Source: Salisapilia sapeloensis CBS 127946 (taxonomy: Eukaryota; Protista; Oomycota). From it: a stretch of DNA of 32,022 nt. The notes under the pieces were generated by a model. The model was given only the letters and a program-made list of their open reading frames with translations. It was not told the DNA's origin and searched no databases. A program made the position numbers and the translations under genes. Numbering within the stretch: the first letter of the stretch is position 1; the number at the start of each line of letters is the position of its first letter. Shown here piece by piece: positions 29,550 through 32,022 of the stretch. The DNA is taken from assembly GCA_023334545.1 (NCBI GenBank), contig JAADVB010000215.1:1-32022 (forward strand), in the 5' to 3' direction.

Positions 29550-29885
29550 TATCGCCAACATGGTTTTAGATCACCCAGCAGCTAAATACATTTCATCTTT
29601 TACCATTACGTGATACGACTTGTCGCCACATGCTACCGATAGCCCTTTAAAACCTAGAACCTGTATGTAAGACTGACCTACTGTCATGCAGACTAGTTGT
29701 ACAAATTAATTGCATATAACAATAGCATATTCCTCCATGATGCCAAGGCACTACCATGCGTAGGAATATAGAGACAGTACCAGTAGCAATTGCTTTTAGC
29801 TAGAAGGTAGCTTTATGAATATCAAAAGGAAACAGAAGACAAAAAAGTATTCTTAGGCGGTAGCAAAATGTATTACTCTTGATGC

Positions 29886-30549
29886 TTACTTGAAGAATCC
29901 GCCCTTGTGCTTGTGTTGCTTGTGGTGGCCGTGACCGTAGCCTCCATACATCATGCCAGGGTATCCACCGTGCTTGCTGTGTTTTCCCTTGAAGCCCTTC
30001 CCCTTGAATCCCTTGCCTTTGAATCCTTTGCCTTTGAATCCTTTGCCCTTGTGCTTATGCTTGCCGTGTTTGCCGTGCTTTCCATGTGGATAGTAGCCTC
30101 CATGCTGTTGGTGCATCACGCCAGGATGCTGCACATACCCTGGCTGATGGTGGCCTTGGGCATATCCCTGAGGCGGATATTGTTGCGGTGGATAGCCCTG
30201 CTGTGGTGGGTACTGCTGCGGAGGATATTGCTGGGGAGGGTATTGCTGGGGAGGATATTGGCCATGAGGCTGCTGGGGAGGATAGCCCTGCTGAGGTGGA
30301 TAACCCTGCTGCGGAGGGTACTGTCCTGGCTGTTGGGGTGGATATCCTACTCTGTGTTATTGGAATATGCAACGGTGGGAATTTGTATTGGAACGTACCC
30401 TGCTGGGGCGGGTACTGTCCATGTTGCTGCGGAGGGTATTGCCCAGGTTGTTGAGGTGGATACTGCCCGGGTTGCTGTGGAGGGTATTGTCCAGGCTGCT
30501 GCGGCGGGTAGCCGGGGTAGCCTCCTCCTGGTGGCTGCTGGTAGCTCAT
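29886..30549 (-). CDS. YPPQQ-repeat / HGK-KGKGF-repeat low-complexity protein, 2 exons, 203 aa
   Basis: Exons 30549-30399 and 30346-29886 (52-nt GTACGT..AGTAG intron) join many (G)YPPQQ units to HGKHGKHGKHKH(KGKGF)x4..HKHKGGFFK. Confidence 0.88.
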
Positions 30550-31362
30550 GTTCTTCTTGGAAACTGGAAATTGAAGGTGGATACTATTAGATATGAGGGG
30601 TTTAAGTGGCAGAAATTCTTCTACTCTGGACATGTTAAAGAGACAGTGTATTACAAGAAAGAGGTAGTGACTGCTGTTTGGATATGTTGATTCGCTTCTA
30701 CTAAAAGCTACGCGCGAAGCTTGACGAGAGAAAGCAAAATTAATTGCGCTTTAAATGATTTGTTTGTCTGTTGCCCATTTAATGAGCGTATTATGCACAA
30801 GGTACAGTCTGGGTTGCTAAGCGGAATAGCCCTGCGCCGTGCTCTAGATTTCCAATCGAAGAGCTTTTGGAGCAACGTTTGGAATCTGACAAAAGCTAAT
30901 TAGATGGCAGTTTCTTCAGTCCAGGCAGCTATCTTTCATGGCGCTGATCTTGTCAAAGAGTTGGAGTTAACCAAGGCCGGCGGAACAGTTGATAGCTGCT
31001 GTGTGTTAGCGTCGGAAATTGGGCTCTACTTCGGGAGTATCCAGTCAGATCGACTATACCTCCAACGGATTTAAAGAAAACTTAATGCATTCCTTTCTGT
31101 TCTAGTAGCTCCATGTAAAGTCATCTCTGTGTTCGGAAAGAGACATCTTTAAGCTATCTTCATTTCTTTGTGCTGGGAATAGATATGCAGCGATTCAGTT
31201 AATTTGTCGCTTCAACTTGGCTACGCTCTCCACTAATCATACCCCTTTTATCAGTATATCAACCAATCACACTCCCATCGACAAAAACACGAAAAGCTGC
31301 ACGAGACACGAAATGCGAGATAAGTCGCTGAAAGACATCCTCGATATGGTCTCGGCGAGTAC

Positions 31363-31377
31363 CTCATTTCCCAATTG
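31363..31377 (+). promoter_or_regulatory. Inr+FPR-like core promoter of the NDUFA4-like gene
   Basis: CTCATTTCCCAATTG is a near-exact TCATTYBNNNWTT match, ending about 52 nt before ATG 31429. Confidence 0.55.
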
Positions 31378-31395
31378 ACTTGGAAGCAACAAACC

Positions 31396-31426
31396 CCACC
31401 ACCACCACCACCACCAACAACAACAA
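31396..31426 (+). repeat. Compound microsatellite (CCA)7(ACA)3 in a probable 5' UTR
   Basis: Directly visible, ending 2 nt before ATG 31429. Confidence 0.9.
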
Positions 31427-31428
31427 CC

Positions 31429-31752
31429 ATGGTAGCTCTTCGTGCCACGCGCTCTGGATTGAACGTCTTCAAGCTCTGGACGACGGACAAGGGCACCATT
31501 CCAGTAGTCTTCATCGCCTCCTTCGCAGCCGTGAGTGCATCAGCCGTGTCCATGCGGTATTTATACGCGAATCCGGACGTCTATTTTAACAAGAACGCTC
31601 GTACGTCGGAGTTGCATCACGAGGACGACCGTGGAAGTGCGTGGCGTCAGTTCCGCTTCCGCATGGCGAATTTGCAAAAGAACCCGATCAACCAGTCTCG
31701 TCAGTTCGACGCTTTGTTCGAGAAGGACGAGAACAAGGCTATTCGCCGATAA
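31429..31752 (+). CDS. NDUFA4/B12D (MLRQ)-family small mitochondrial membrane protein, 107 aa
   Basis: IPVVFIASFAAVSASAVSMRYLYANPDVYFNK fits the family pattern (P+.. single TM ..R....NPDV...K). First ATG at 31429. Confidence 0.75.
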   Translation: MVALRATRSGLNVFKLWTTDKGTIPVVFIASFAAVSASAVSMRYLYANPDVYFNKNARTSELHHEDDRGSAWRQFRFRMANLQKNPINQSRQFDALFEKDENKAIRR

Positions 31753-32022
31753 GCTTGGAGATGTGGAGGATGTATAGGTACGAAAGTGTTTGGAGGACGA
31801 AAGAGAGGACGCTCGTTGTAGGGACGAGTGAATCAATGTATAGGAATGTTTGGATTTGAAATGCTTTGTTGTGTTTGTCATTGTCATGTATGTTGGTCGT
31901 GAAAGTCTAGTAGACACCTTTGTCTTGACTGTGTTTCCATGTCAAGAGGAAGACGAGCACATCCCTCAAAAGTGAATGCTATACACAAAAGTAAGTGAGC
32001 AGACACACAAAATAACAACAAA

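Noticed and set aside
1-32022. Prokaryotic or viral systems, CRISPR arrays, rRNA, tRNA, spliceosomal snRNAs, transposases
   Set aside because: By eye I found no repeat-spacer array, tRNA arms, rRNA or U-snRNA signature, or DDE/RT/integrase motif. Content is intron-containing eukaryotic housekeeping genes. A covariance-model scan would be needed to exclude small RNAs fully.

Overview
Eukaryotic, extremely gene-dense nuclear DNA, most likely an oomycete-like stramenopile (inferred from TCATTY-NNN-WTT Inr/FPR-like core promoters, tiny GT-AG introns and retained flagellar genes). The taxon cannot be fixed from sequence alone. I reconstructed about 26 protein-coding genes by hand-splicing 28 introns of 47-63 nt, several invisible or fragmented in the ORF track: BBS8, TIM23, PHB2, RPS9, an IQ/coiled-coil protein, a BART-domain protein, EB1, a basic orphan, AMPK/SNF1 beta, TMEM258/OST5, a Pinin-RSB-SAP protein, B9D1, two choline-phosphate cytidylyltransferase (CCT) paralogs, RGP1, TFIIB, an Erf4/Golgin-A7-like protein, RAD6/UBC2, ARMC6, VMA22/CCDC115, DBR1, a DENR with a novel duplicated N-terminal module, a possible mini-BAG6, DPM3, a YPPQ/HGK-repeat protein and an NDUFA4/B12D-like protein. 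There is also one His/Pro/Gly-rich frame broken by two in-frame stops. I found no rRNA, tRNA, CRISPR array or recognisable transposase. The strongest leads are: the repeat-DENR fusion; the CCT pair (92-nt identical tract, exact 11-residue helix deletion, uORF-bearing leaders including a possible splice-switched uORF); tiny ER-glycosylation genes 47-59 nt behind upstream stops (possible bicistronic mRNAs); the atypical splice-site consensus; and the stop-interrupted frame. All family assignments are from motif recognition by eye, not database searches.
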